DNA from: an uncultured Lachnospiraceae bacterium
GTDB lineage: Bacteria > Bacillota > Clostridia > Lachnospirales > Lachnospiraceae
Assembly: GCA_900314295.1 (NCBI GenBank)
Contig: OMUU01000107.1
Span: 5,201-69,200, forward strand
Direction: 5' to 3'
Length of the DNA: 64,000 nucleotides
Shown here: one piece after another, positions 35,314-44,600 of the stretch
Position numbering within the stretch: position 1 is the stretch's first letter
Layout: each line of letters opens with the position of its first letter
Notes under the pieces: model-generated
What the model was told of the DNA's origin: nothing
Database searches by the model: none
What the model saw: only the letters and a program-made list of their open reading frames with translations
Translations under genes and position numbers: made by a program

Positions 35314-36243
35314 TTATTGGCGCGGACCGAAAAATTTATCACCGTTTAAATGAATCATATGATCGGGATATGCGGAAATCCATACCTCCGTTTCCCAAGC
35401 CAGGTCGGAACAGAACTTTTTATAGGTAGCGCGGTCTGGAAATGCCGTGACAAAGATCTTTCCAGATGTTACATTTTTTGTCATATCTTGTATTTCAATG
35501 ATGCGCTGGGGACTCATCGGTCCAACGCTCGTAACCGCTTCGACAAAATAAATCCAATCTTTATCCTGCCGATAAAGGACGACATCCGGCATCTTATCGT
35601 GCAGAGTTATTTCTAACCCGAGTTCTTTCAGTTTGTCGGTGTCTTGTATCAAATCTTTTTTGATGGTATCACCGACATAAAGGCATTCACAGCCGGGCGC
35701 AAACCGGGGAGCAAATTGCTCGATTATGGCTTTTTGCAAGGCGTTATGTTTGCCGGGACTGAACTTCAATTCTCGCCCATTGATTTTGACGGGCATCATT
35801 TCAAGTTTTTTCTTACTGTTGTATTTATCAATCAGAGATTTGTGGTAGAGACGGTATCTAAGCAAAGAGCGTTCCCATTCGGAAGTATCAAAGGTCTGTA
35901 TCAGTTTTAAGGATTCGCTTGTGATTCGATAGCGATAATTCGGACTGTTTGTGGCTTCTCCATTATCTTCTATTAGGGCTCCTTGTCTGAACTGATGCAT
36001 ACAATCCTTGCGGATTGTCTCGCGTGAATTTTCCGCATATGTTTTTCCGTAGTTTTCGCTTGTGAACTGCAATACATCATGTATGCGAATCCAGGCATTT
36101 GTGGCATCGTTCCAAGCATCCGTGGGTTTCAGATGTGCCAAGGTTAATAATGTGTATGCTGCAATGTCTGATTGCTGCTTGTCAGGCATTCCAAAAGATT
36201 TCAGGAAAGCCTTGGCTTCAGCGACTTTATCCATGATATGCAA
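35314..36243 (-). CDS. Type II restriction endonuclease, BsuBI/PstI family
   Basis: 309 aa. The N-terminus AKAFLKSFGMPDKQQSDIAAYTLLTLAHL...YAENSRETIRK...NSPNYRYRIT matches the BsuBI/PstI pattern as I remember it. It overlaps the methylase stop. The region is AT-rich. Confidence 0.75.
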   Translation of the reverse strand: MHIMDKVAEAKAFLKSFGMPDKQQSDIAAYTLLTLAHLKPTDAWNDATNAWIRIHDVLQFTSENYGKTYAENSRETIRKDCMHQFRQGALIEDNGEATNSPNYRYRITSESLKLIQTFDTSEWERSLLRYRLYHKSLIDKYNSKKKLEMMPVKINGRELKFSPGKHNALQKAIIEQFAPRFAPGCECLYVGDTIKKDLIQDTDKLKELGLEITLHDKMPDVVLYRQDKDWIYFVEAVTSVGPMSPQRIIEIQDMTKNVTSGKIFVTAFPDRATYKKFCSDLAWETEVWISAYPDHMIHLNGDKFFGPRQ

Positions 36244-37765
36244 CTCCTTTCAGAATTTTATCGCAGGTTTCTGTCGATAAATTGTCCGCTTCAAGAAGCT
36301 GTTTTCCGATTTCTTCAATATCTTCAATAGGCGGAACCGGAATATTGTTTATTTCAGTGCTGTTTACCTGGGTGCTGCCGTTCAAAATTCGGTAAAACAT
36401 ATCAAATAACGTAGAGTTGAGCAATGCATAAATGCCATATGTAAGGGGGAGGCTCATCTCCTTTTTGTCCATTCGGTCAACAAAATTAATTTTGTTCTGC
36501 GTCCCTATAAAATCATATTGCGGGAAGTCTTTTGCTAAATATATACCGCATTGAAGTCTCCGCCGTTCTTCTTTGGCGGTGAAGCGCTTGCAGAAAACAT
36601 AGTTTTGATTTTTTTGTATGAGCCCGGGTTTTGAATCGACAATCCAGTCATATTCCTTTCCTGTGGGGTTGTGATTCACGCGCCCGTTTTTAATATTCTG
36701 ACTGTAAAAAAGGGGCAGGGTGTGTTCGCCGGGCTCCTTCTTTAACTCTTCCCATTGGCGAAAATCAACAACAATTCCGGTATGCATCTTTAGACCTTCA
36801 TCCGGGAGTGTAGTTGTGTAACTGTTTATTGTTTGAATAATCGCAACATCATCCTGTGAGGTTGGAAGATATACGTATAAGCTGTCCCCGGAGACAACAG
36901 CATGATAAGGAACATCGATAGACGTTAATTCATTAAAATCGTTATTGGTCTGTGTGGAGGTTATTTTTACAAACGCAGGGTCCGTCCGCTGTTTTTTTAC
37001 CTTTATTATCATGGTCTCCTGGAGGACCTGTTCTTTGTTAAAAACCTTGTCTCTGCTCACAAATAAGTGGATCTGTTTTAATTTTCCATTGTTCAGAAAA
37101 TATCTTCGGAATGTCTTGAAATATTCACCTGATGTCCAGCTGCGAGGGATGATATATACCATCTCACAGTCGTCTTTGAGGTTAAACAGTGACATGGCGG
37201 CAAAAAGAAAATACAGGTTTGGCGCACCATGGACGACAGTAGGCATGGCAAGTGCTGCCGGATCATTTCTCATAATTCTGAGATATGGCGGATTTCCTAT
37301 TATTAAATCATATTTTTGCGGGCAGTTTTCGGCAAACAGCATTCCCTCAAAAGCATCCGCTTGTGACAGGATATAGTCATCTTCCGTAACGTGATAAGTA
37401 AAATCGATGGGTGAGTGATCCTTAATGTATTGCAGATTATCGTGCAGTATAGGTAATACATCTTTGTCATTCTCGTAGCAGGTTAAGGCAACGGATTTAA
37501 TCCTGCTTTCTTTGATAATGCGATCTATCAAAGCAGCGGAAAGAATTCCCGTTCCTGTTCCGGGATCTAAAATCTCTATAGTAGTTCCTGTGTTAGACAA
37601 GTCAAACAGGGACGCCATAAAAACAGCGGTCTCCTTTGAGGTGAAAAACTGTCCTTTTTTCTTTCGGACTGTTTTGGGCATATTCTCCAGAAAAGCTGCT
37701 GTTTGGGAAAGTACAAAGTCAAGCATTACATTTACTCCTTCAATCATGTGAGAATAAAATCTCAT
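36227..37765 (-). CDS. N6-adenine DNA methyltransferase (gamma-class, Eco57I/PstI-like)
   Basis: SAM motif ILDPGTGTGIL and catalytic motif IIGNPPYLRI. 512 aa, close to the size I recall for M.PstI. Alternative starts lie at 37747 and 37726. Confidence 0.85.
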   Translation of the reverse strand: MRFYSHMIEGVNVMLDFVLSQTAAFLENMPKTVRKKKGQFFTSKETAVFMASLFDLSNTGTTIEILDPGTGTGILSAALIDRIIKESRIKSVALTCYENDKDVLPILHDNLQYIKDHSPIDFTYHVTEDDYILSQADAFEGMLFAENCPQKYDLIIGNPPYLRIMRNDPAALAMPTVVHGAPNLYFLFAAMSLFNLKDDCEMVYIIPRSWTSGEYFKTFRRYFLNNGKLKQIHLFVSRDKVFNKEQVLQETMIIKVKKQRTDPAFVKITSTQTNNDFNELTSIDVPYHAVVSGDSLYVYLPTSQDDVAIIQTINSYTTTLPDEGLKMHTGIVVDFRQWEELKKEPGEHTLPLFYSQNIKNGRVNHNPTGKEYDWIVDSKPGLIQKNQNYVFCKRFTAKEERRRLQCGIYLAKDFPQYDFIGTQNKINFVDRMDKKEMSLPLTYGIYALLNSTLFDMFYRILNGSTQVNSTEINNIPVPPIEDIEEIGKQLLEADNLSTETCDKILKGVAYHG

Positions 37766-37852
37766 TCAATATTATGCCACAATGCGTGCGTGCAATCAAA
37801 CAACGATATGCTTTATCTGGATATTCCCAGATCTTCAGAAATTGTGAGGAGA

Positions 37853-38047
37853 CCATGGTGTTGAATCTTCCGGTTGTACTTTGCGGAAATCGCAATTCAC
37901 GGCCGGTTGTAAATTTCGGCAGTCTGTATGGATGGTATTTGATGACAGAGTGTGTGATACAGCGGAAAAAAGACGAAAAAGATGTCTCTGAGCACATAGA
38001 TAAGCCGCCGGAGCGGGATATCCGATGATACCCGGGCCCCGGCGGCC
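37853..38047 (+). pseudogene. Fused remnant: the 3' end of an SPFH gene joined to the 3' end of an RHH gene (a decayed second copy of the 39.8-41.3 kb pair)
   Basis: 37853-37935 aligns to 40778-40855 at about 78% (MVLNLPVVLCGNRNSRPVVN vs MVSNLLVVLCGNRDAQPVVN). 37936-38047 aligns to 41203-41312 at about 90% (LMTECVIQRKKDEKDVSEHIDKPPERDIR vs LLTECVKQRKKDGKYVSEHMDEPPELDIR). Track ORF 37774..38028 reads through both pieces. Confidence 0.75.
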
Positions 38048-38225
38048 TTCTCTTGTTTACGCGAACAGCGAACCACAGCCGTATGTAAAGGATTCGTGTG
38101 GGGCGAGCGTCGCGATAGCGAGATAAAACCCACGAAGCGCGTTTTATCTCGTCGGAGGAATATTGCTGCTGTAAATTTTCTGGGCGAATCGGTAATCCGG
38201 CCCGATGTAGGATGCCTGAATGATG

Positions 38226-39581
38226 TCAGGCTTTCTTGAGCATCAGAGGAGTCAGGAGGTTCAGAAGAGCCTGCGATTCCGTCGGGAACGTGAAGATCAT
38301 CTGGTTAAGCTGCATCCCGGTGAGCTTCTGGTTGATGATGAGAGCTGCGATATCGGCATTTGTGCCGGCATCCTCGCCGTAGAAAGCTCCGCCTACGAGC
38401 TCCCGCTTCTTGTTGAAGATGAATGTGAACTCGGCATCGGGCTGATTTTTGGCCTCAAAGAGAAGCCGTTTGCCGAATTCCGCGACCTCGATGTCGTATA
38501 CATCCGGCTGCGCCTCTGCCTGTTCCAGCGTCACTCCCACCTGGGAAATTCTCGGGAGAGTAAACACCAGGTTCGGGATGACCGGATACTGGATTGGATT
38601 CGGATTGATTCCGAGAATCTGAGTAGCGATATAATTGGACTCAAAGGTTGCCGTCGGAGTCAGCTTTGGAATCCGCTTGTCTACGCAGTCTCCGGAGGCA
38701 AAAATATTCGGTACGGAGGTCCGCATGTGATCATCTACCTGGATACCTCTTCTGGAATAGGCTATGCCAAGATCGTCCAGTCCGAGATTTTCTGTGTTGA
38801 CCGCCCGTCCGGTTGCCTCCAGGACATAGTCTGTCTCCAGCGTGGATCCGTCGGCAAAGGTCAGGACGAAGGAATTGCCCTTCTTCTCGATCATCTTCAC
38901 CTCATGGTTCAGAAGGAAAGTAGCGCGGGCAGCTTTCATCTTGTCGGTTACACGGTTTACATATTTCTGAGGGTACATGCGGAGCACCCGGTCTGTATAT
39001 TCGATTACAGTGGTTTCGGCACCCATCTGCACCGCTATGGAAGCAAATTCCATGGCGATGATTCCGCCGCCGATGAAGGCGATGCGTGCGGGAAGGCTGT
39101 CAAGATCCAGAAAATCTCTGCTGTCGTGGATATATTCCTTTCCCGGAATATTCTGCTTCATGGCATGCTCACCGGTTCCGATTACAATATTCTCTGCGGT
39201 GATTTTCCTGCCGTCCACATCAACGGTATGCGGATCCACAAGCTTTCCGTTACCGTGGATGACCGGCATATTCGCGTTCTCGAACATGCCTTCCATAATT
39301 TTGTTCAGCGGAGAAATCACTTTCTTCTTATAATTCATCAGACTCGTCCAGTCCGGCTTCGGAAGCTCGGAAATACCGATGCCCTGATAGCGCTGCAGAC
39401 CGTCCAGATAATTGAAAGGCGTGTCAAGAAGAATCTTGGCATTGCACCCGTAGTTGGTGCAGGTACCGCCTACCACATCTCTCTCTACAAAGGCCATCTT
39501 CTTGCCTGCCTGAAGCAGAATCATTGCTGCATGCCAGCTCGCATGACCAGCTCCTATAAATACTACATCATAATCGTACAT
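38226..39581 (-). CDS. Class-I pyridine-nucleotide-disulfide oxidoreductase (dihydrolipoyl dehydrogenase / glutathione reductase-like)
   Basis: MYDYDVVFIGAGHASWHAA (FAD GxGxxA/G), the redox-active GGTCTNYGCNAK (CxxxxC), a second Rossmann motif IAFIGGGIIAMEFA and a dimerisation domain. Confidence 0.85.
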   Translation of the reverse strand: MYDYDVVFIGAGHASWHAAMILLQAGKKMAFVERDVVGGTCTNYGCNAKILLDTPFNYLDGLQRYQGIGISELPKPDWTSLMNYKKKVISPLNKIMEGMFENANMPVIHGNGKLVDPHTVDVDGRKITAENIVIGTGEHAMKQNIPGKEYIHDSRDFLDLDSLPARIAFIGGGIIAMEFASIAVQMGAETTVIEYTDRVLRMYPQKYVNRVTDKMKAARATFLLNHEVKMIEKKGNSFVLTFADGSTLETDYVLEATGRAVNTENLGLDDLGIAYSRRGIQVDDHMRTSVPNIFASGDCVDKRIPKLTPTATFESNYIATQILGINPNPIQYPVIPNLVFTLPRISQVGVTLEQAEAQPDVYDIEVAEFGKRLLFEAKNQPDAEFTFIFNKKRELVGGAFYGEDAGTNADIAALIINQKLTGMQLNQMIFTFPTESQALLNLLTPLMLKKA

Positions 39582-39694
39582 CTTCGATCCTCCTGATTCC
39601 GGTAACCTGTGCCGTTGTTTTTTGTATACTCAGAATACCACAGATAAACATTTGTGTCTATTAAATTGTATAAAATATAAAAACAAGCACGTAT

Positions 39695-39735
39695 CGTTAC
39701 AAATGTTAATTTTATACCTGCCGTTACAAATGTTA
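39695..39735. promoter_or_regulatory. Two exact 14-bp direct repeats (CGTTACAAATGTTA), 27 bp apart, in a divergent promoter region
   Basis: Copies at 39695-39708 and 39722-39735. The second ends 9 nt upstream of the -35 candidate of the SPFH gene. Confidence 0.4.
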
Positions 39736-39743
39736 TTTTTTAC

Positions 39744-39772
39744 TTGACGGCAGACTTTCAGTGTGATATCAT
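39744..39772 (+). promoter_or_regulatory. Promoter candidate for the SPFH gene
   Basis: TTGACG (39744-39749), a 17-nt spacer, then TGaTATCAT, an extended -10 (39764-39772). Confidence 0.5.
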
Positions 39773-39832
39773 AATGATATCAAATAAATATCTGCATTGC
39801 CAGGTATTCCGCGCAGAGAGGAGAGTGGGTGT

Positions 39833-40855
39833 ATGGAAGAGAAGATTATCACAAAGGGAAAAAATGGCATGCTATTTCTGATTTTGTGGATTGCTCTGTA
39901 TGCGGCAGCGGTTATCCTGCTTGTGGCAGGTATCTCTAAAGGAGGAGAGGATTCGCCTTATCTGCCGTTTTTCCTGCCGGGCATGATCTGGATCTGCATC
40001 GGCTGGATTCCCTTTGCCGGACTGAAGATTCTGAAGCCGCAGGAGGCGCTGGTTCTGACACTGTTCGGAAAATACATTGGTACATTGAAGGGGGAAGGAT
40101 TCTATTATGTAAATCCGTTTTGTCAGGCTGTGAACCCGGCGGCAAAGACTCATCTCGGACAGAGCGGCGATGTGGATGATTCCGAGAGAAGCAAGAAATA
40201 TTTATCGGGGTTCAATTCTTCCAGAGAGGAGAATTCGGTTACCAGGAAAATATCTCTCAAGGCGATGACGCTGAGCAATGCAAAGCAGAAGGTGAATGAT
40301 GTTCTGGGGAATCCCGTTGAGATTTCCGTGGCTGTGATCTGGAAGGTCAGGGATACCGCGAAGGCGGTGTTCAATGTGGACAATTACAAGGAATATCTGT
40401 CTCTGCAGGCGGATGCAGCGGTGCGGGATATTGTGAAGATTTATCCGTACGACGTGGCTCCGAACATTGATACGACGGGAGACGGACAGGCGGATGACGG
40501 AAGCCTTCGTGGTTCGACTACAGTCGTAGCGGAGCGGATCCGGGCGATGATTCAAAGCAAGGTGGCAGACGCCGGACTGGAAATCACGGAAGCGAGAATT
40601 ACATATCTCGCCTATGCTCCGGAAATCGCGGCGGCAATGCTGCAGCGTCAGCAGGCTTCAGCAGTCATTGATGCGCGGAAGATGATCGTGGATGGCGCGG
40701 TCGGCATGGTGGAAATGGCGCTGGAGAGACTGAATGAGAATGGCGTCGTGGAGCTGGACGAGGAGCGGAAAGCAGCCATGGTGTCGAATCTTCTGGTTGT
40801 ACTCTGCGGGAACCGCGATGCGCAGCCGGTTGTGAATTCAGGAGGTTTGTATTGA
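39833..40855 (+). CDS. SPFH/Band-7 domain membrane protein
   Basis: Two N-terminal TM helices (MLFLILWIALYAAAVILLVAGI, LPGMIWICIGWIPFAGL). An SPFH core (EALVLTLFGKYIGTLKGEGFYYVNPF ... ARITYLAYAPEIAAAMLQRQQA) and a coiled C-terminus follow. Confidence 0.85.
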   Translation: MEEKIITKGKNGMLFLILWIALYAAAVILLVAGISKGGEDSPYLPFFLPGMIWICIGWIPFAGLKILKPQEALVLTLFGKYIGTLKGEGFYYVNPFCQAVNPAAKTHLGQSGDVDDSERSKKYLSGFNSSREENSVTRKISLKAMTLSNAKQKVNDVLGNPVEISVAVIWKVRDTAKAVFNVDNYKEYLSLQADAAVRDIVKIYPYDVAPNIDTTGDGQADDGSLRGSTTVVAERIRAMIQSKVADAGLEITEARITYLAYAPEIAAAMLQRQQASAVIDARKMIVDGAVGMVEMALERLNENGVVELDEERKAAMVSNLLVVLCGNRDAQPVVNSGGLY

Positions 40856-41096
40856 CAATTGTCCTCCGGGATTCATGAAATCCCTGCCGTTCGGGCATGC
40901 CGTGAACGGTGACTGAGATTCGTCAGGTGTGTAAGAATACAAAGTGGAGCGGGACGCTGTATGCGTTATGAAAAGAGGTGTGGGACGTTATATGTGTTAT
41001 GATCTGAAGTAGCGGATCATCAGTAAAATGTTGGTTCGGCGGTGGAACACATGGAGAATACGTGGATATGTTATATAAGAGCAATGAGGCGATTTC

Positions 41097-41291
41097 ATGG
41101 CAAAAAAGCAGGTGCCGCTGCGGTTGAATGAGAAACTATATGATGCGATCGCTGCCTGGGCGGAGGATGACTTCCGCTCGGTAAACGGTCAGATCGAGTA
41201 TCTGCTGACAGAGTGTGTGAAACAGCGGAAAAAAGACGGAAAGTATGTCTCTGAACACATGGATGAGCCGCCGGAGCTGGATATCCGATGA
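41097..41291 (+). CDS. Small ribbon-helix-helix (Arc/CopG-like) DNA-binding protein
   Basis: 64 aa. MAKKQVPLRLNEKLYDAIAAWAEDDFRSVNGQIEYLL fits the RHH beta-strand plus two helices. Confidence 0.65.
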   Translation: MAKKQVPLRLNEKLYDAIAAWAEDDFRSVNGQIEYLLTECVKQRKKDGKYVSEHMDEPPELDIR

Positions 41292-41510
41292 TATCCGGGC
41301 CCCGGCGGCTATTATGCGTTTCTAAAATCTGTAGGATATTGAGAAATGCAGATACGAATAAAAGGCCAATGATCGGAAAAATCAGGTATTTGATTGATTC
41401 CTGATATTGGTAATATGGAGCAGAAAATTGCCCGCAGCATTGCGGGATGTGCAAAATATACAGATTGTACGACACAATACGTTTTTTCTGTTATACTGCT
41501 TACGGGAGAA

Positions 41511-41636
41511 AGACACTGCGGCTTAAGAAACATTGCAGACAAAGAGATACTGCGGCTTAAGAGACATTGCAGACAAAGAGACACTGCGGCTTAAGAGACA
41601 CTATAAACGAAGAGACATTGCGGATGATGCCGCAGG
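41511..41636. repeat. 3.7 x 34-bp tandem array (underlying 17-bp period) directly upstream of the SNF2 helicase gene
   Basis: Units AGACACTGCGGCTTAAGAAACATTGCAGACAAAG (41511), AGATACTGCGGCTTAAGAGACATTGCAGACAAAG (41545), AGACACTGCGGCTTAAGAGACACTATAAACGAAG (41579) and the partial AGACATTGCGGATGATGCCGCAGG. Confidence 0.9.
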
Positions 41637-41666
41637 ATGTTTAGAAGATGGAATGGAGCCGGAAAT

Positions 41667-44600
41667 ATGAGTACATGGAGAAGCCTGTTCACGCAGACGA
41701 TTTTGAAGAGAGGAAAGGAATATTATCGCGCCGGAAAGGCAAAGAAGCTGACCTGGGAGAGTGATCCCGAGAACCGCGGCGGCGATATCTACGAGGCAAC
41801 GGTTCGGGGGAGCAGGAATTACCATGTCGTTATCAGGGCGTCAGCCGGTGAGATTCAGGAGATGTCCTGCACCTGTCCTTATGCTTCGGATGGCAATTTG
41901 TGCAAGCATGAAGCAGCCGTATTGCTTGCAATAGAGGATGAATATGAGAAGCTTTACGTAGATTCGGAGGAGGACGGGGAAAAGAATTCCGGATCCGCTG
42001 AGGCGGGAGCGTCGAATCGCAGCGGTTCGGGAAAGCATTCGTCCAAAGACGGTTCGGGCGGGGAGCAAAATGACTGGTCCGGAAAAGGCAGTATCTACGA
42101 CATTCTGGACCGGGACGGAAAGATTCTGGAAGGCGGAAGGACTGCTTCCGGCGGATATGAGGTCGGAGATCCCCTGGAGGGTCTGGAGAAGCTTCGAGCA
42201 GAGACGGCACGGGAACGGGAGGAGGCTGCAGGTGCGGAGAATGCCGAGGCTGCCGCGGACTATCAGCCGGACGAATATCACTATTTCCATCCGGAGGAAT
42301 TCCGGACACATCTGAAGAATTCCGCCGCAGAATGGAAGATGGCGGAGCAGGTGGTTCATCCGCAGCCTGAGAAGAAAAAAACTTCTTCCGGAAGAGGAAA
42401 GGGAAGAAGTGCCAAAAATCAACTGGATTTTAAAATTCTGGAATTTTCCATGTCGACCGGCTATCTGCAGGATGATCGGATGCAGACGGGACCGATGATC
42501 GGACAGGCAATTCTCCGGTTCGGGGAGGACTATTATAGTCAGAAAGCGACATTGCTGTTTGACCAGCACAGGATCATTTCCTCACAGTGTGAAGACTGGG
42601 AGTGCCGGTACGGGTACGGATATGCGAAGCGGAATCCGGATAAGCTCTGCCTCCATGAAATGGTGGCGCTCCTGATGCTGGAGGATTACCTGAAGGAGCA
42701 CAATATCGGGGACGCATCGAGTTATGGTGCCGAAAGCTTTCTGTCGGAGTTTGCACATAAGAATACGCCGGGAAGAGCCGGGGCCGAAGAGTCGGGAGAG
42801 GCCGGTGATACAGGAGTCCGCCCGTCGGAGAAGCTTACGATGGAGCCACGTCTGGAGCTGGAGCACGGGATGCTTTCCGCCACCTTCTATATCGGAAAAG
42901 ACAGGCTGTACAAGATCAAAAATCTCAGCGAATTTGTAAAGGCCATGCAGAGCAGGGAACGCATGAAGTTCGGAAGCAAATCGGAATTTCAGATGGGCGA
43001 GGATTTCCTGAAGCGTGACGAGGACAGGGCCTGGTTCCATTTCATCCGGGAAGCGCTGGAGAATCATCTGGAGTCTCAGCGGTATATGGAACTGAAGAGC
43101 AGCTACATGGACAGCTACACGTTCGATTATAAGGCAAATCTGCCGCTGATCGGGAGCTGGCTGGATCGTTTTGCGGACCTGATCGGCACGCATCCGTTTG
43201 AGATATGGGATAAGCAACTGAGTGCAGGGGAAGGGAAGAAGACCGTACATCTGCGAGACAAGGATATTACACCGACGATTGTCGTCACACCTATACCGGA
43301 AAAAGCGACGGGGCCGGTGGACGGAGTCCGCCTCAAGAGCGATCTTCCCCGGCTGATGAAGGGACTGGATCATCTGTATTACTATCAGGGACAGTATCTG
43401 AACCGTGTGACGCAGGAATCCTCGGAGCGCGTGGAGATGCTTCTTCGCAATACCGGTGGCAGGCTTGACCTTATGATCGGGCGGAAAAATCTCGGCAGAT
43501 TTTATCACGACGTACTGCCGAAGCTCCGGGAAATCGCGGATGTCCGTGAGGAGCAGCCGGAACGGGTGAAGGGGCTGATTCCGCCGAAGCCCGATTTCAT
43601 CGCATACCTGGATTATGACAGTCAGCTGCTCTTGTGTACTGCCGAGGCTGCATACGGAAAAGAGATTTATCCGGTTACGGATGCGATTGAGGCACAGGTC
43701 GAGGGGAGGGAGTTAAGTCCGGTCTATCGGGATACAGAGGCAGAGCAGGATTACTGCAATGCATTGAATGAGTATTTTGATCAGTATGATCCGATGATTC
43801 ATCTGATGTACACAGAAAAAGACGATGACAGGCTGTTTCAGCTGCTGGATCACGGAATCGATGAGCTTCTGGACTACGGAGAAGTCCGCATGACGGAACA
43901 GTTCCGGAATCTTGGAATCCGCCGCAGACTTCCGGTAAAGGTCGGCGTCAATGTGGAGAGCAATCTGCTCGATCTCACGGTCTCATCGGAAGATCTGACA
44001 GAGGATGAGATGTACCTGATCCTTTCTATGTACCGGCGCAAGAAAAAATATGTCCGTCTGAAGGACGGCAGTTTTTTCAAGCTGGAGCAGAACGATTCCG
44101 TCGAAGAATTGAGTGAGATGCTGGAGACGCTTCAGATTCCTCTGAAGGAGTTCGTGAAGGGGAAGATGGAGCTTCCCGCTTACCGCGCGCTCTATCTGGA
44201 CAAGATGCTGGAGCAGACGGAGGATCTGTATGCGGTTCGTGATAGAAAGTTCAAGCAGCTGATCAAGGAATTCAAAACGGTGGAGGATTCCGATTTTGAG
44301 GTGCCGGATTCGCTTACGAAGACGCTGCGGAAGTATCAGAAGGAAGGGTATCGCTGGCTGCGAATCCTGGACCGCTATGGCTTCGGAGGCATCCTCGCCG
44401 ATGAGATGGGACTTGGAAAAACGCTTCAGGTGATCAGCGCTCTCCTGGCGACGAAACTGGAATCGGAGCAGGAAGCGCTGAGTGCGGCGGAAACGAACAA
44501 GTTAAAAGCAGAGGATACAGAAGAGGTTCCGTCTGGAGATCAGAAATCCGGCGTCAGCCTGATCATCAGCCCGGCGTCGCTGATATACAACTGGGAGGAG

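Noticed and set aside
37774-38028. 84-aa ORF as a genuine gene
   Set aside because: It is a read-through of two unrelated gene-end fragments (SPFH tail plus RHH tail). I treat it as a pseudogene remnant.
38220-39596. 458-aa plus-strand ORF covering the same DNA as the oxidoreductase gene
   Set aside because: The minus-strand frame carries the FAD GxGxxG/A motif, the CxxxxC redox centre and a second Rossmann motif. The plus frame has no motifs and looks like a shadow frame.
41511-41636. CRISPR array (also considered for 33404-33496, 27583-27710 and 31569-31740)
   Set aside because: The repeats are directly adjacent with no unique spacers. Units are 15-37 bp in head-to-tail arrangement, and no cas genes are in the window.
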